Shown: positions 34,821 through 44,748, counted from the stretch's first letter. The stretch: DNA of 64,000 bases from Chloroflexota bacterium (GCA_034666965.1 JAXDKT010000161.1:5603-69602); one strand, 5' to 3'. A program made the numbers and translations. The notes: a model not told the origin generated them from the letters alone.

Positions 34821-35996
34821 CTACTTGTCGACGCCCCCCATGATCGGATCGAGCGAGGCCATGATCGCCATCGTGTCGGCGATGAGATTGCCCGGGGTCA
34901 GCAGCCCGACCGCCTGGAGGTGGACGAAGCTGGGGTCATGGATCCGCATCCTGAAGGGCTGGTCGGTTCCGTCACTGATGGCGTACGTGGCGTACTGCCC
35001 GCGAGGACCCTCGACCGCGGCGTAGGCCCGGCCGGGCCGGGGCCGCATCAGCCGGGGCAGCTTGGCCATGATCGGCCCGTCGGGCATCTCGTTGAGGCAC
35101 TGGTCGATGATCCGCAGGCTCTGCTTGATCTCATCGAGACGAACCAGGTAGCGCGCGAGGCAATCGCCTTCCTGGCGGGTCGGGACATCGAAGTCGAGCT
35201 CGGGATAGATGCTGTAGGGGTGCGACCGGCGCATGTCCAGGGGAACCCCGGAGGCCCGGATGTTGGGTCCGGTCATGCACATCCGGAAGGCGGTTTCGCG
35301 ATCGAGCGTGCCCAGGCCGCGCATGCGCCGGACGAAGATCTCGTTCTGATTGAGTAGGGTCTGGTTGGCCTCGATCTGCTCGGTGGCCTTGCTCATCCAG
35401 GTCCCCAGCCGGCTCATGAACTCGTGATTGAGATCGCCGTTGACGCCGCCGATCCGGAAGTAATTGAAGAGCATCCGTTGACCGGTGAGCGCGGCCAGCA
35501 GCTCGACGATGTCGTCGCGCTCGATGAAGCTCCACAGGATCGGCGTCAGCCCGCCGAGGTCGAGCGCCATCCAGCCCATGAACAGGGCGTGACTGGCGAC
35601 CCGGTTGAGCTCACCCGACAGGACCCGGATGTATTCGGCGCGGCGCGGGACCTCGACGTCCATGAGCTTCTCGAAGGCCATCACCGGGGCCCATTCGTTG
35701 AACAGCGCGCTGACGTACTCGAGCGGATCGGTGTAGGCGATGGTGTGGTGGTAGTCGGCGTTCTCGCACAGCTTCTCCACGCCGCGATGGAGGTAGCCCA
35801 GGACCGGGTCAAGGTCGACCACGCGCTCGCCCTCGAGCTTGAGCACGACCCGCAGGACGCCGTGGGTGGAGGGATGCTGCGGCCCCATGTTGACGAACAG
35901 CTCGCCGTCGCCGAGGGTGTAGAACTCGGCCTCGCGCTCGGTCCGAGGCGGATATGGCGGGATCGGCTCGAAGACGCCGATCTGCTCCTCGAGCAT
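34821..35996 (-). CDS. nuoD: NADH-quinone oxidoreductase subunit D (49 kDa)
   Basis: ATG 35996 (MLEEQIG...); GTG 36038 is an alternative. MGPQHPSTHGVLRVVLKLEGE, YLHRGVEKL, C-terminal IMASLDPIMGGVDK. Confidence 0.9.
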   Translation of the reverse strand: MLEEQIGVFEPIPPYPPRTEREAEFYTLGDGELFVNMGPQHPSTHGVLRVVLKLEGERVVDLDPVLGYLHRGVEKLCENADYHHTIAYTDPLEYVSALFNEWAPVMAFEKLMDVEVPRRAEYIRVLSGELNRVASHALFMGWMALDLGGLTPILWSFIERDDIVELLAALTGQRMLFNYFRIGGVNGDLNHEFMSRLGTWMSKATEQIEANQTLLNQNEIFVRRMRGLGTLDRETAFRMCMTGPNIRASGVPLDMRRSHPYSIYPELDFDVPTRQEGDCLARYLVRLDEIKQSLRIIDQCLNEMPDGPIMAKLPRLMRPRPGRAYAAVEGPRGQYATYAISDGTDQPFRMRIHDPSFVHLQAVGLLTPGNLIADTMAIMASLDPIMGGVDK

Positions 35997-36048
35997 GACC
36001 CGCGGATCGTCCGTGGACGGGACCCGGATGGTCGTCACCGCCGCTGCC

Positions 36049-36600
36049 TCAGCTCGACCTGGTCCGCCGGACACGATCGTCCGGGGTCGCGTCGACCGGC
36101 TCGTGGGTGCGTTCCATGTGGCGGACGCCGCCGCCCGGGGAGCGGGCCGCATCGTCGGGCAGGTAGAAGTCCTTGCGCAACGGGAAGCTGGTGTAGTCGG
36201 CCGGCATATAGATCCGGCGCAGGTCGCGGTTGCCTTCGAACGCGATTCCGAACATGTCGTAGGCCTCGCGCTCCTGCCACTCGGCGCCCTTCCACAGGAA
36301 GGTGACCGAGGGGACCCGCGGATCGTCGCGGGACAGGCCGTCCGCGACCACTCGCAGCCAGTCCGGGCTGGTCGGGCTCCACAGGTGATAGACCGCCTGC
36401 ATCGTGGTCCCGGTGTCGACGCCGCACAGGTCCATCAGGGCCTCGAACCCGAAGTCGGGCTCGTCATGAAGCGCCCGCATGACCTCGGGCAGGTCGCCCG
36501 GCGCGACCCGGATCTCGGTCTCGTCGTGGCGCTGGCGAACGGGCCCCAGCAGCCACTGTCCGAAGCGGGCTTCGAGGCGGCGCCGGAGGGATCGGTCCAC
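36049..36600 (-). CDS. nuoC: NADH-quinone oxidoreductase subunit C (30 kDa)
   Basis: Trimmed to GTG 36600, 5 nt after the nuoB stop. The upstream part of the track ORF is Arg/Gly junk. DLCGVDTG ... EREAYDMFGIAFEGNRDLRRIY ... FPLRKDF. Confidence 0.75.
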   Translation of the reverse strand: MDRSLRRRLEARFGQWLLGPVRQRHDETEIRVAPGDLPEVMRALHDEPDFGFEALMDLCGVDTGTTMQAVYHLWSPTSPDWLRVVADGLSRDDPRVPSVTFLWKGAEWQEREAYDMFGIAFEGNRDLRRIYMPADYTSFPLRKDFYLPDDAARSPGGGVRHMERTHEPVDATPDDRVRRTRSS

Positions 36601-36605
36601 CGGGC

Positions 36606-37340
36606 TCAGACTCCGTCCGGGACGGTCGGCCCGATGGCGCGCTCCGGCCAGTGGCCGCGGCGCTCGAGCACGAGCTGCTGGAGCTTCATCATCCCGTAGA
36701 TGAGGCCCTCCGGCCGGGGCGGACAGCCCGGCACGTAGACGTCCACGGGCATCACCCGGTCGATCCCCTGGATCGTCGAGTAGCTCCGCTTGTAGCGTCC
36801 GCCCGAGCAGGTGCAGTCCCCCATCGCGACGCACCACTTGGGTTCGGGCATCTGTTCCCACAGGCGGACGAGCGGGCCGGCCATCTTGGTCGTCAGCGTG
36901 CCGGCCACGATCAGGACGTCGGCCTGGCGCGGGCTGGCCCGGAACGGGAACATGCCCCAGCGATCCATGTCGTTCTTGGACGTCGCCGCCGACATCATCT
37001 CGATGGCACAGCAGGCCAGGCCCGACAGGAGCGGCCAGAGGCTGTTCGCCCGGATCAGGTCGAGCACGACGTCGGCCTTGGTCGGGATGACCTCGAGGGC
37101 ACCCCAGCGAGCGTCGTCGTGACGGCCGGCGTCGCTGGCTGCGTACTCGCGCAGATGAGCGGCGTCGGACGTGCCCGCGGCGCTGTACGCGGCCGGCTCG
37201 GCCGATTGCCAGAGCGTGTTCGGGACCACGATCGGGGCCATCGGGTCGCGATCGCCGGCGACCGTGAGCGAGCGCTCGTCGGTCGGCTCGGCGGCTTCCA
37301 CGCCGGCCGGCCCGGTCGCGCCCTCGGGCGTCAGCGCCAT
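36606..37340 (-). CDS. nuoB: NADH-quinone oxidoreductase subunit B (N2 cluster) with an approx. 70-80-aa acidic/Ala-rich N-terminal extension
   Basis: SLWPLLSGLACCAIEMM, CTCSGG, GCPPRPE (N2 ligands). Core preceded by MALTPEGATGPAGVEAAEPTDERS...; internal ATG (MAPIVV) at 37241 is an alternative start. Confidence 0.85.
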   Translation of the reverse strand: MALTPEGATGPAGVEAAEPTDERSLTVAGDRDPMAPIVVPNTLWQSAEPAAYSAAGTSDAAHLREYAASDAGRHDDARWGALEVIPTKADVVLDLIRANSLWPLLSGLACCAIEMMSAATSKNDMDRWGMFPFRASPRQADVLIVAGTLTTKMAGPLVRLWEQMPEPKWCVAMGDCTCSGGRYKRSYSTIQGIDRVMPVDVYVPGCPPRPEGLIYGMMKLQQLVLERRGHWPERAIGPTVPDGV

Positions 37341-37687
37341 GTCAGGACACCCTTGCGCCAGGCGTAGGCCAACCCCAGCAGGAGGATCCCGACGAACACG
37401 AGCATGCTCACCAGGCCGCCCAGGAGCAGGTCCCGGAAGACGATCGCCCAGAGGTAGATGAAGATCACCTCGATGTCGAACGCCACGAACAGCAGGGCGT
37501 AGATGTAGAACGACAGGCCGAATCGACCGTGGGTATCGCCGTACGTGTCAATGCCCGACTCGTAGGGCAGGCCCTTGTGGCCGTCGCCACGGTTTCGATG
37601 GGAGATGAGCCAGGCCGCGCCGATGGTCACGATGACGAACGAGACGCCGGCGAAGGCGAACCCGACGACGTACCAGATCCCGGTCAA
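37331..37687 (-). CDS. nuoA: NADH-quinone oxidoreductase subunit A
   Basis: 118-aa three-TM protein; first gene of the nuo operon. Confidence 0.85.
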   Translation of the reverse strand: MTGIWYVVGFAFAGVSFVIVTIGAAWLISHRNRGDGHKGLPYESGIDTYGDTHGRFGLSFYIYALLFVAFDIEVIFIYLWAIVFRDLLLGGLVSMLVFVGILLLGLAYAWRKGVLTWR

Positions 37688-38009
37688 TCCAACCTCACAG
37701 CGGACCCACCCCGGATGCTCTCGCGCCAGGGCGGCGGTTCCATCGTGGCGAGTGGCGTCCGTGCGGCACGGACCGTTCGCGGGAGCGCATGCTCCGCCTC
37801 GACATTCTATCAGCGGACGACCGGGTCAGGCGTCGGCGGGAACGGCGGCGGGCGTGCTGCGACGCGGCGTCAGCAGGGTCGGAAGTGCCGGGGCGGCAGC
37901 TCGCGCCGAGCGCGCGTAGCAGGATGCGAGTTTACCACCCCGGCGCGCGCCAGACTGCGCTTCGACCTGAGCCCGGGCAATAGGGCGAATGCCGTACCGT
38001 GGCCACGAT

Positions 38010-39221
38010 CTAGGCGGGCAGCCGGAAGCGCAACCCGATGAGCGGCGGATCGGGGGCGAGGCCACGACCGAGCAGGCTCACCCGGAAGCCACCCATGGCC
38101 CGCGGGTCGAGCAGCCGGGCAACGCTCGAGCGGACCGCCAGCCACTCCTCGAGGGTGGTGTCCGGATCGGAGCGGATCGCCTCGAGCAGCTCGTCCATGC
38201 CGGCCCCGACCAGGAACTCGGCCTGGGTGGTCAGCCCGAGGGGCGTCAGCCCGGCCGCTCGGGCCGCCCGCTCGAGGGCGCTGAAGTCCACGTGCGCGGT
38301 CAGGTCCTGGCGGCCGACGGCGACGGTCCAGTCGTCGTGGGCCCGATGGGCGCTGTACGCCAGGAGCGTGCCCGCGCCCCGCGCGGGCCCATACAGCTCG
38401 CCCGCGAGGTGGCCGTAGTCGACGATCAGAACCGCGCCGCGGGCCAGCCCCTGGGCCACCTCGCCCAGCCACCCGTCGAGCTCGAGGCAGACCTCCGCCC
38501 GGGCGCCGTCGGCCAGGACGATCCCGTCCGCCGCAAACCGCGCCGCGAGGGCCGGGCTGGACGGCTCACCGGCCCGCTCGACGAAACCACTCTCGTCCCA
38601 GTCGACGAAGAGCTCCTCCAGCTGACCGCCGCGTCGACCCACGACGCGATGGACCGGCAGCGCGTCGACGAACTCGTTCGCCAGGACCGCGCCAACCTCC
38701 TCGGCGCCGGCCTCGAGCTCGAGGACCGAACCGGACCCGGCGGCCTCGATCCGCCTGACGAGCTCCTCGCGCCGGAACGCGTTGAGCTCGACCGGCGCGT
38801 AACGCAGAGCCGCCGCCAGCCCTGGCGACCCGGCGACCCGGCCAAGCTGGCCGCGACCGGCGAGGGCGTCGAGAATCGCCGCCGCGAGCGCCCCCGACCC
38901 GGCGCCGTACTCGCGCAGCACGAAGCGCGCCGGCCGATCCAGCCGCCGCCAGATCTCGTCGAGCTGGCGGGCGATCGCGGCGCCAAAGATCGGATGGGTC
39001 TCCGGCGCCGTCAGGAAGTCGCCGGCCCGGCCGGGACGCTCGGTCGCGCCGCGGTAGTAGCCCAGCCCGGGTTCGTACAGGGCCAGCTCCATGAACCGGG
39101 CAAAGGTGATCGGGCCGTCGGCCTCGATCTCGGCCCGGATCCGCTCGACGAGCGCGGGTTCGCCGGCCGTCGGCAGCGGCGCCGGTGCCGGCCCGCGCCC
39201 GAAGGCCGCCTCGAGGTCCAT
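38010..39221 (-). CDS. MidA/NDUFAF7-family class I SAM-dependent methyltransferase (COG1565, Methyltransf_28)
   Basis: ITFARFMELALYEPGLGYY, GDFLTAPETHPIFGAAIA, LREYGAGSGALAAAIL (SAM motif I). Same strand as and directly upstream of nuoA. Confidence 0.75.
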   Translation of the reverse strand: MDLEAAFGRGPAPAPLPTAGEPALVERIRAEIEADGPITFARFMELALYEPGLGYYRGATERPGRAGDFLTAPETHPIFGAAIARQLDEIWRRLDRPARFVLREYGAGSGALAAAILDALAGRGQLGRVAGSPGLAAALRYAPVELNAFRREELVRRIEAAGSGSVLELEAGAEEVGAVLANEFVDALPVHRVVGRRGGQLEELFVDWDESGFVERAGEPSSPALAARFAADGIVLADGARAEVCLELDGWLGEVAQGLARGAVLIVDYGHLAGELYGPARGAGTLLAYSAHRAHDDWTVAVGRQDLTAHVDFSALERAARAAGLTPLGLTTQAEFLVGAGMDELLEAIRSDPDTTLEEWLAVRSSVARLLDPRAMGGFRVSLLGRGLAPDPPLIGLRFRLPA

Positions 39222-39227
39222 CGAAGC

Positions 39228-40373
39228 TCAGCGACCGCCGGCGATCAGCCGGACGCCGGGCCCGACCAGGGTGTGGCCGCCGAGCACGATCGGGATCGGG
39301 CCATCGGCCGCCGCCGCCGTCAGCTCGGCCAGCCACGGATCGGCAACCGCATTCGCCCCGAGCAGGTCGGACGCGTAGCGCGACTCGGCCGCGGGCCAGC
39401 CGGCTTCGTCGCCCCCGAGCCGGTGAGCGAGCAGGACCCGGCTGTCGACGAGGGCCGCATCGCCGAGCTCGGCCAGGCGCTCGCCCAGGGCGGCCGGGCC
39501 GTCCCGATCGAGGAGGGCGCCGAGCACGGACCGGGGCGGCCGGGGCGGCCGGGCGGGGTCGGCCGCGCCGCGGGTCGGTGGCCCAACGGCCAGCTCCGAC
39601 GCGGCCCGGAGTCCGCGCTCCTCGACCAGCCCACGCACCCGGCAGCGGGCGTGGCGCTCGAGCCAGCCGAGCGTCGCCGCCGACGTTCGCCCGGCGATGA
39701 CCAGCTCACGGCGCGGGTCGGCCATGACCCCACGGACGCCGTCGAGGGCGGCCCGAATACGATTCGTGACGGCATCGACCAGGTCGGCCCGGGGCGGCCG
39801 AGCGTCGGCTCGACGTGCCCGGCGGGCCCGGTTGGTCGTCGCCCGGTACTCGTCGACCAGGACGACGTCGAGCGGCGAATCGAGGTCGACCGCGAGCCGC
39901 CAGCGAGAACGGAGGTCGGCCACCGCGACCCCGGCGACCTCGGCCAGCCAACGCGGCAGGGCGTTGTCGCCCGGCAGCTCGGCCGGCACACGATTCAGGG
40001 TTGTCCCCGCGGCTGCCGAGACGGCCACGATGTCCGCCGAGAAGCGGTTGTTGGCGAGGGCGACGAGTCCCGGTCCGGCGGCCGCCGCGACGAACGCGCG
40101 CCGGTCTGCGCCGGTGGCCAGGGCCAGTGCCCCAGATCCGAGCAGGACCAGTCCCCGATTCGGCGCGAGACGCGCCCGGATCGTTGCCAACCTGGCTCCG
40201 AAGGGCTGAGCGTCGCGCGATCCGGAGATCCGTGCCGTGGCTGCCCCCGCGGCCAGGAAGCCGGTCACGTGGCCCTCGGCCACGGCCAGGCGCGCGGCCG
40301 CGAGCCGGCGCTCGAGCGGTCCCGAATCCGGACCGGCCAGGCGGTGGAGGATGATGACGTCGACGGTGGCCAC
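39228..40373 (-). CDS. hypothetical protein (Ala/Leu/Arg-rich, no confident domain call)
   Basis: 381-aa ORF with GC3-biased codon usage. Possibly a nucleotidyltransferase-like alpha/beta protein (VIILHRLAGPDSGPLERRL). Start and function uncertain. Confidence 0.4.
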   Translation of the reverse strand: MATVDVIILHRLAGPDSGPLERRLAAARLAVAEGHVTGFLAAGAATARISGSRDAQPFGARLATIRARLAPNRGLVLLGSGALALATGADRRAFVAAAAGPGLVALANNRFSADIVAVSAAAGTTLNRVPAELPGDNALPRWLAEVAGVAVADLRSRWRLAVDLDSPLDVVLVDEYRATTNRARRARRADARPPRADLVDAVTNRIRAALDGVRGVMADPRRELVIAGRTSAATLGWLERHARCRVRGLVEERGLRAASELAVGPPTRGAADPARPPRPPRSVLGALLDRDGPAALGERLAELGDAALVDSRVLLAHRLGGDEAGWPAAESRYASDLLGANAVADPWLAELTAAAADGPIPIVLGGHTLVGPGVRLIAGGR

Positions 40374-40426
40374 CGAGCGAGTCTAGCGACGGCGACCGGC
40401 GAGCACGGCGGGAGGGCCGGCCTTCG

Positions 40427-41044
40427 ATGACGAGCGCACGGCGGGCCCGGGCCTATGTCGGCCTGGGATCCAACCTGGGCGATGCCGCGGCCACGCTCGC
40501 CGCCGCGGTCCACGCCCTGGCGGCGCTGCCGGGAGTTCGGGTTCGCGGCGTGTCGCGGCTGTACGCCACCGCGCCGGTGGGCGTCACCGACCAACCCGAG
40601 TTCCGCAACGCGGCGGTCGCCCTCGACGCGCCGTCCGGGCCCGACCCGGCAGTCGGCGCGACCGCGCTGCTGATCGCCCTCAAGAGCCTCGAAGCGGCCT
40701 TCGGACGCAGAGCCCGCGGCCATTGGGGCCCACGCGAGCTCGACCTCGACCTGCTCATCTTCGGGCGGGCCGAGCTGGCGATCGATCGACCGCCGGGCGG
40801 CCGCTCGATCGACGCCCCGACCGACCCGGCCAAGGCCGGCCGACTCCTCGTGGTGCCCCATCCGGAGGCCCGGACCCGGCTGTTCGTGCTGGCGCCGCTG
40901 GCCGACCTGGCGCCCGGCCTGGTGCCGCCGGGTTGGGGCGAGAGCGTGGCCTCGGCTCGTCGCCGACGGGAGCAGGCCGAGGGCTCCGCCGCGGCTCGGC
41001 CGATCGGCGAATGGAATCCCGCCGCCGGAAGGTGGGCCCCCTAG
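40427..41044 (+). CDS. folK: 2-amino-4-hydroxy-6-hydroxymethyldihydropteridine pyrophosphokinase (HPPK)
   Basis: [66 protein letters not shown]. Confidence 0.85.
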   Translation: MTSARRARAYVGLGSNLGDAAATLAAAVHALAALPGVRVRGVSRLYATAPVGVTDQPEFRNAAVALDAPSGPDPAVGATALLIALKSLEAAFGRRARGHWGPRELDLDLLIFGRAELAIDRPPGGRSIDAPTDPAKAGRLLVVPHPEARTRLFVLAPLADLAPGLVPPGWGESVASARRRREQAEGSAAARPIGEWNPAAGRWAP

Positions 41045-42030
41045 AGTCGGACGGCCGGCGGCCGGCTCCGGTCGAACATCGCCACGGTATCCACAAAGCG
41101 CACCTGCTTCGACTGGTAGCCCATGACCAGCGAGTGCGTCCGTGCCCCGCCACCGAAGAAGCGCAGCCCATGGAGGAGGTCGCCGCTGGTCACGCCGGTC
41201 GCGGCGAAGACCAGGTTCTCGCCGGAGGCCAGGTCCTCGGTCCGGTAGACCCGGCCCTCGTCGTCGTCATTGCCCATCTGGCGCGCCCGCTGCCGCTCCT
41301 CGTCGTTGCGGAACCGGAAGCGCGCCTGGATCTCGCCGCCGAGGCAGCGCAGCGCCGCCGCCGTGATGACGCCCTCGGGCGCCCCGCCGATGCCCATCAC
41401 GGCGTGCACGCCGGTGCCCGAGACGGCGCACGAGATCGCCGCCGACAGGTCGCCGTCCGTGATCAGCTTGATCCGCGCGCCTGCCGCCCGGACCTCCGCG
41501 ATCAGCGCCTCATGGCGGGGTCGCTCGAGGATCACCACGGTGATGTCGCCGACGTTGCGGCCAAGCGCCTCGGCGATCCGGTGAAGGTTGTCGGTCGGGG
41601 TCGACGCGATGTCGACATGGCCGGCCGCGACCGGCCCGACGCACAGCTTCTCGAGATAGGTGTCCGGCGCGTGGAGCAGCCCGCCCCGCTCGGACGCGGC
41701 GAGGACCGTGATCGCGCCGGCCTGGCCGTGGGCGACCAGGTTGGTGCCTTCGAGCGGATCGACCGCGATGTCGATCTCCGGGATCGCGCGCCGGTCGTGG
41801 TCGGCTTGGCGGCCGACCTGCTCGCCGATGTACAGCATCGGCGCCTTGTCGCGCTCGCCCTCGCCGATGACGATCGTGCCGGCCATGTCGATCTCGTCCA
41901 TCGTCCGACGCATCGCCTCGACCGCGGCACGGTCGGCGCCGTGCCCGTCGCCCCGACCCATGTAGCGGGCCGAGGCGATCGCGGCCGCCTCGGTGACTCG
42001 AACCATCTCCAGCGCGAGAAGCTGTTCCAC
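41041..42030 (-). CDS. glpX: fructose-1,6-bisphosphatase class II
   Basis: Full-length GlpX family: [51 protein letters not shown]. Confidence 0.9.
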   Translation of the reverse strand: MEQLLALEMVRVTEAAAIASARYMGRGDGHGADRAAVEAMRRTMDEIDMAGTIVIGEGERDKAPMLYIGEQVGRQADHDRRAIPEIDIAVDPLEGTNLVAHGQAGAITVLAASERGGLLHAPDTYLEKLCVGPVAAGHVDIASTPTDNLHRIAEALGRNVGDITVVILERPRHEALIAEVRAAGARIKLITDGDLSAAISCAVSGTGVHAVMGIGGAPEGVITAAALRCLGGEIQARFRFRNDEERQRARQMGNDDDEGRVYRTEDLASGENLVFAATGVTSGDLLHGLRFFGGGARTHSLVMGYQSKQVRFVDTVAMFDRSRPPAVRL

Positions 42031-42071
42031 GGGGCCCTCCTGGTCGGCGGCGCTGTCGTTCGAGCTCGGGA

Positions 42072-43619
42072 TCAGTGGCGAAAGTGACGCTGGCCGGTGA
42101 AGACCATGGCCAGGTGGTGGCGGTTGGCGACCTCGATCGCCATCTCGTCGCGGATCGAGCCGCCAGGCTGGATGATCGCCGTCACCCCGGCGTTGGCAGC
42201 CATGGCGATCCCATCCGGAAAGGGGAAGTAGGCGTCGCTGGCCATGACGCTCATCCGGGCGCGATCGCCGGCGCGGCGAACGGCGATCTCGACCGAAACC
42301 TGGCGGCTCGCCTGACCGGCTCCGATCCCGACCGTGGCGGCGCTCTTGGCCAGCACGATCGCGTTCGAGCGGACGTGCCGGACGGTCCGCCAGCCGAAGA
42401 GCAGATCGGTCAGCTCCTCGAGGGTCGGGCGCCGTTTGGTCACGACCTGGAGCTGGCCGGCCTCGTGCCCCAGCGCGTCCTGGGTCTCGACCAGCAGTCC
42501 GCCACCAACCCGCTTGAAGTCGAGGTTGGCGATTCCGTAGTCGCGCATGCCCTCCGACGGGTCGGCCGGCACGGCCAGGATCTCGAGGCCGGTCTTGGCC
42601 CGCAGGATGCCCAGCGCGGACTCGCTGTATCCCGGCGCCACGACGGCCTCGTAGGAGTTGGCGGCAATCTCCCGGGCGGTGGCCCCGTCGAGCTCGCGGT
42701 TCACCCCGACGATGCCGCCGAAGGCTGCCACCGAGTCCGTCTCGAGGGCCTTGCGATAGGCCTCCACGAGCTCGTCGTTGGAGGCCATCCCGACCGGATC
42801 GGTGTGCTTGACGATGGCCACGGTGGGCGCGGTGAAGTCCTTGGCCATCCGGTAGGCGGCATCAAGATCGAGCAGGTTGTTGAAGCTGGGCAGCGAGCCC
42901 TGGAGCTGCTCGGCATCGGCCAGCGTGCCCGAGCGGTGGGTCGTCTCGCGATAGAACGCCGCCCGCTGATGGGGGTTCTCGCCGTAACGCAGGTCCTCGA
43001 CCTTCTCGAGAACCATCGCCAGGCGGCTCGGGAAGGTCGTCCCCGAGACCTGGTTGATGTAGGCCGCGATCTCGGCGTGATAGGCGGCCACGATCCCGAA
43101 GGCCTCGGCGGCGAGCTGCTGGCGGAGCTCAGCCGAGATCGAGCCGAGCTCCTTGAGCTCGCGCACGAGCCGGCCGTAGTGACGCGGGTCGGCCACCGCC
43201 GCAACGCCGGCGTAGTTGCGCGCGGCGGCGCCGAGCAGGGCCGCTCCGCCGACGTCGATCATCTCGATGGCCTCGTGCAGGGCGACCGATCTCGGGCCGA
43301 CCTGGGGCGAGAACGGCTTGACGTTGACCACGACGATGTCGATCAGGACGAGGCCGTGCTCGGTCAGCTCCGCGAGCTGGGCGGGGACGTCCCGGCGGGC
43401 GAGGATCCCGGCGTAGACGGCTGGGTGGAAGGTCTTGACCTGGCCGCCGGCGAGGGCCGGCACCGCAGTCAGCTCGGAGACAGAGCCGACCTGGATCCCG
43501 TCCGAGGCGAGGTGCTCGCGGGTTCCGTCGGTGGCGTACATCTCGACATCGAGCGTCGCCAGGTCACGCGCGAGCGCGGACACGCCGTCGCGGTTCGCGA
43601 CCGAGAGCAGGGCACGCAC
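42072..43619 (-). CDS. purH: bifunctional AICAR transformylase / IMP cyclohydrolase
   Basis: MGS-like N-domain [20 protein letters not shown]; AICARFT domain; C-terminal FTGQRHFRH. Confidence 0.9.
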   Translation of the reverse strand: MRALLSVANRDGVSALARDLATLDVEMYATDGTREHLASDGIQVGSVSELTAVPALAGGQVKTFHPAVYAGILARRDVPAQLAELTEHGLVLIDIVVVNVKPFSPQVGPRSVALHEAIEMIDVGGAALLGAAARNYAGVAAVADPRHYGRLVRELKELGSISAELRQQLAAEAFGIVAAYHAEIAAYINQVSGTTFPSRLAMVLEKVEDLRYGENPHQRAAFYRETTHRSGTLADAEQLQGSLPSFNNLLDLDAAYRMAKDFTAPTVAIVKHTDPVGMASNDELVEAYRKALETDSVAAFGGIVGVNRELDGATAREIAANSYEAVVAPGYSESALGILRAKTGLEILAVPADPSEGMRDYGIANLDFKRVGGGLLVETQDALGHEAGQLQVVTKRRPTLEELTDLLFGWRTVRHVRSNAIVLAKSAATVGIGAGQASRQVSVEIAVRRAGDRARMSVMASDAYFPFPDGIAMAANAGVTAIIQPGGSIRDEMAIEVANRHHLAMVFTGQRHFRH

Positions 43620-43692
43620 CCGAGGTCCACCTCCTGATCCGGTCGACGACGCGCCTCACCTGACGCCCCGGGCCGAGGGCGCCCGTCATCGG

Positions 43693-43723
43693 CCCGAGTA
43701 TACCGCCCGTCATGCCATACTCG
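43693..43723. promoter_or_regulatory. inverted repeat CCGAGTAT-N15-ATACTCGG in the divergent purH / membrane-protein intergenic region
   Basis: 8-bp perfect arms (43693-43700 and 43716-43723). Candidate operator or transcript hairpin. Confidence 0.25.
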
Positions 43724-43767
43724 GCCTCCCAAAGCGCCCCACGACCCTCTGAATCTGGAGCCCGTCG

Positions 43768-44235
43768 GTGACCAAGCCGCCCTGGGAATACCTCTTCGAG
43801 CAGTTCTCGCGGGTCAAGTTCCCGGACCTGTTTCCGGCGACCTGGATCGCCTCGTTGGCCCTGCTGGTCGTCCTCGTCGTGCTCTACAACCTACGGACCC
43901 GGGCCTTCCGCCGGCACCAGCCCTATCTCGAGATGTGGGAATGGCTGCTGTGGACGGGGCTGATCCTGTTCAGCCTGCTGCTGGTGTTCAGCCTGTTCGT
44001 GTGGGACTTCCTGTTCGTGCTGGTCACGATGATCGGCGGGGCGGCGATTCTCATCTGGATCCGCTTCGTCAGGTTCCCACCGATCTTCGAGATGTACGAG
44101 CGCAAGCTGGCTCGCGAGCGTTACTTCACCCGGACCAAGTTCGCCCATCCGGAGTCGACCATCCGCACCAAGACGGCGCGGGGTGCCCGGACGGGTCGCC
44201 CGGCCAAGTCCACCAAGCGTCGTCGGCGACGCTGA
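43768..44235 (+). CDS. small membrane protein with basic C-terminal tail (hypothetical)
   Basis: GTG start. Three hydrophobic segments. KSTKRRRRR tail. GC3-biased codons. Confidence 0.5.
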   Translation: MTKPPWEYLFEQFSRVKFPDLFPATWIASLALLVVLVVLYNLRTRAFRRHQPYLEMWEWLLWTGLILFSLLLVFSLFVWDFLFVLVTMIGGAAILIWIRFVRFPPIFEMYERKLARERYFTRTKFAHPESTIRTKTARGARTGRPAKSTKRRRRR

Positions 44236-44255
44236 TCCCGCGCGAAGTCGCGAGC

Positions 44256-44714
44256 ATGGACATCCGGCGCTTCGGCTACGGGCACCGGCGGCCGGCCGGT
44301 CCGGACGGCACGAGCGGTGTCCAGGCGGCGGTCATCCATTCCGACGCCCGCGCGACCGTGTCGGAGCTAGCGTTCACGCGCAAGGCGATCCTCGAGCCCC
44401 ACTCCAGTCCCAACACGACCTGGTTCCTGGTCATCGAGGGTGGTGGCTTCGTCCTGGTCGGCGACGAGACCGCCCGGGTATTTGCCGGCCAGGCCGTGCA
44501 CTGGCCGGCCGGGGTCGTTCATGGTGCGTCGACGGACGTATCCGAGATGCGGGCGATCGTGGTCGAGCTGGCGGGTCCCGACGACCACGCCTTGCGGGGC
44601 GTGCTCGAGGGCGTCGCCCTGCCGCTCCCTGCCGGTCCGGTGGCCAAGGCTGAGGGCGCCCTGGCCGACGACCGGTCCGTGGTCTACGACCCCGCGCATG
44701 GCGAGCCACTCTAG
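44256..44714 (+). CDS. cupin-domain protein
   Basis: ATG 44256 in frame with track ORF 43935..44714. WFLVIEGGGFVLVGDETARVFAGQAVHWPAGVVHGA is a two-motif cupin signature. Confidence 0.55.
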   Translation: MDIRRFGYGHRRPAGPDGTSGVQAAVIHSDARATVSELAFTRKAILEPHSSPNTTWFLVIEGGGFVLVGDETARVFAGQAVHWPAGVVHGASTDVSEMRAIVVELAGPDDHALRGVLEGVALPLPAGPVAKAEGALADDRSVVYDPAHGEPL

Positions 44715-44748
44715 GCCCGACCTCACGCGGGCGGTCGGCGGGCTCCCG

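Noticed and set aside
37688-38009. ORFs 37529..38041(+) and 37870..38472(-) between nuoA and the MidA-like gene
   Set aside because: These are low-complexity Arg/Ala translations overlapping the MidA-family gene in another frame. The 322-bp spacer is more plausibly the nuo promoter/leader, but no convincing -35/-10 pair could be identified by eye, so no promoter feature was called.
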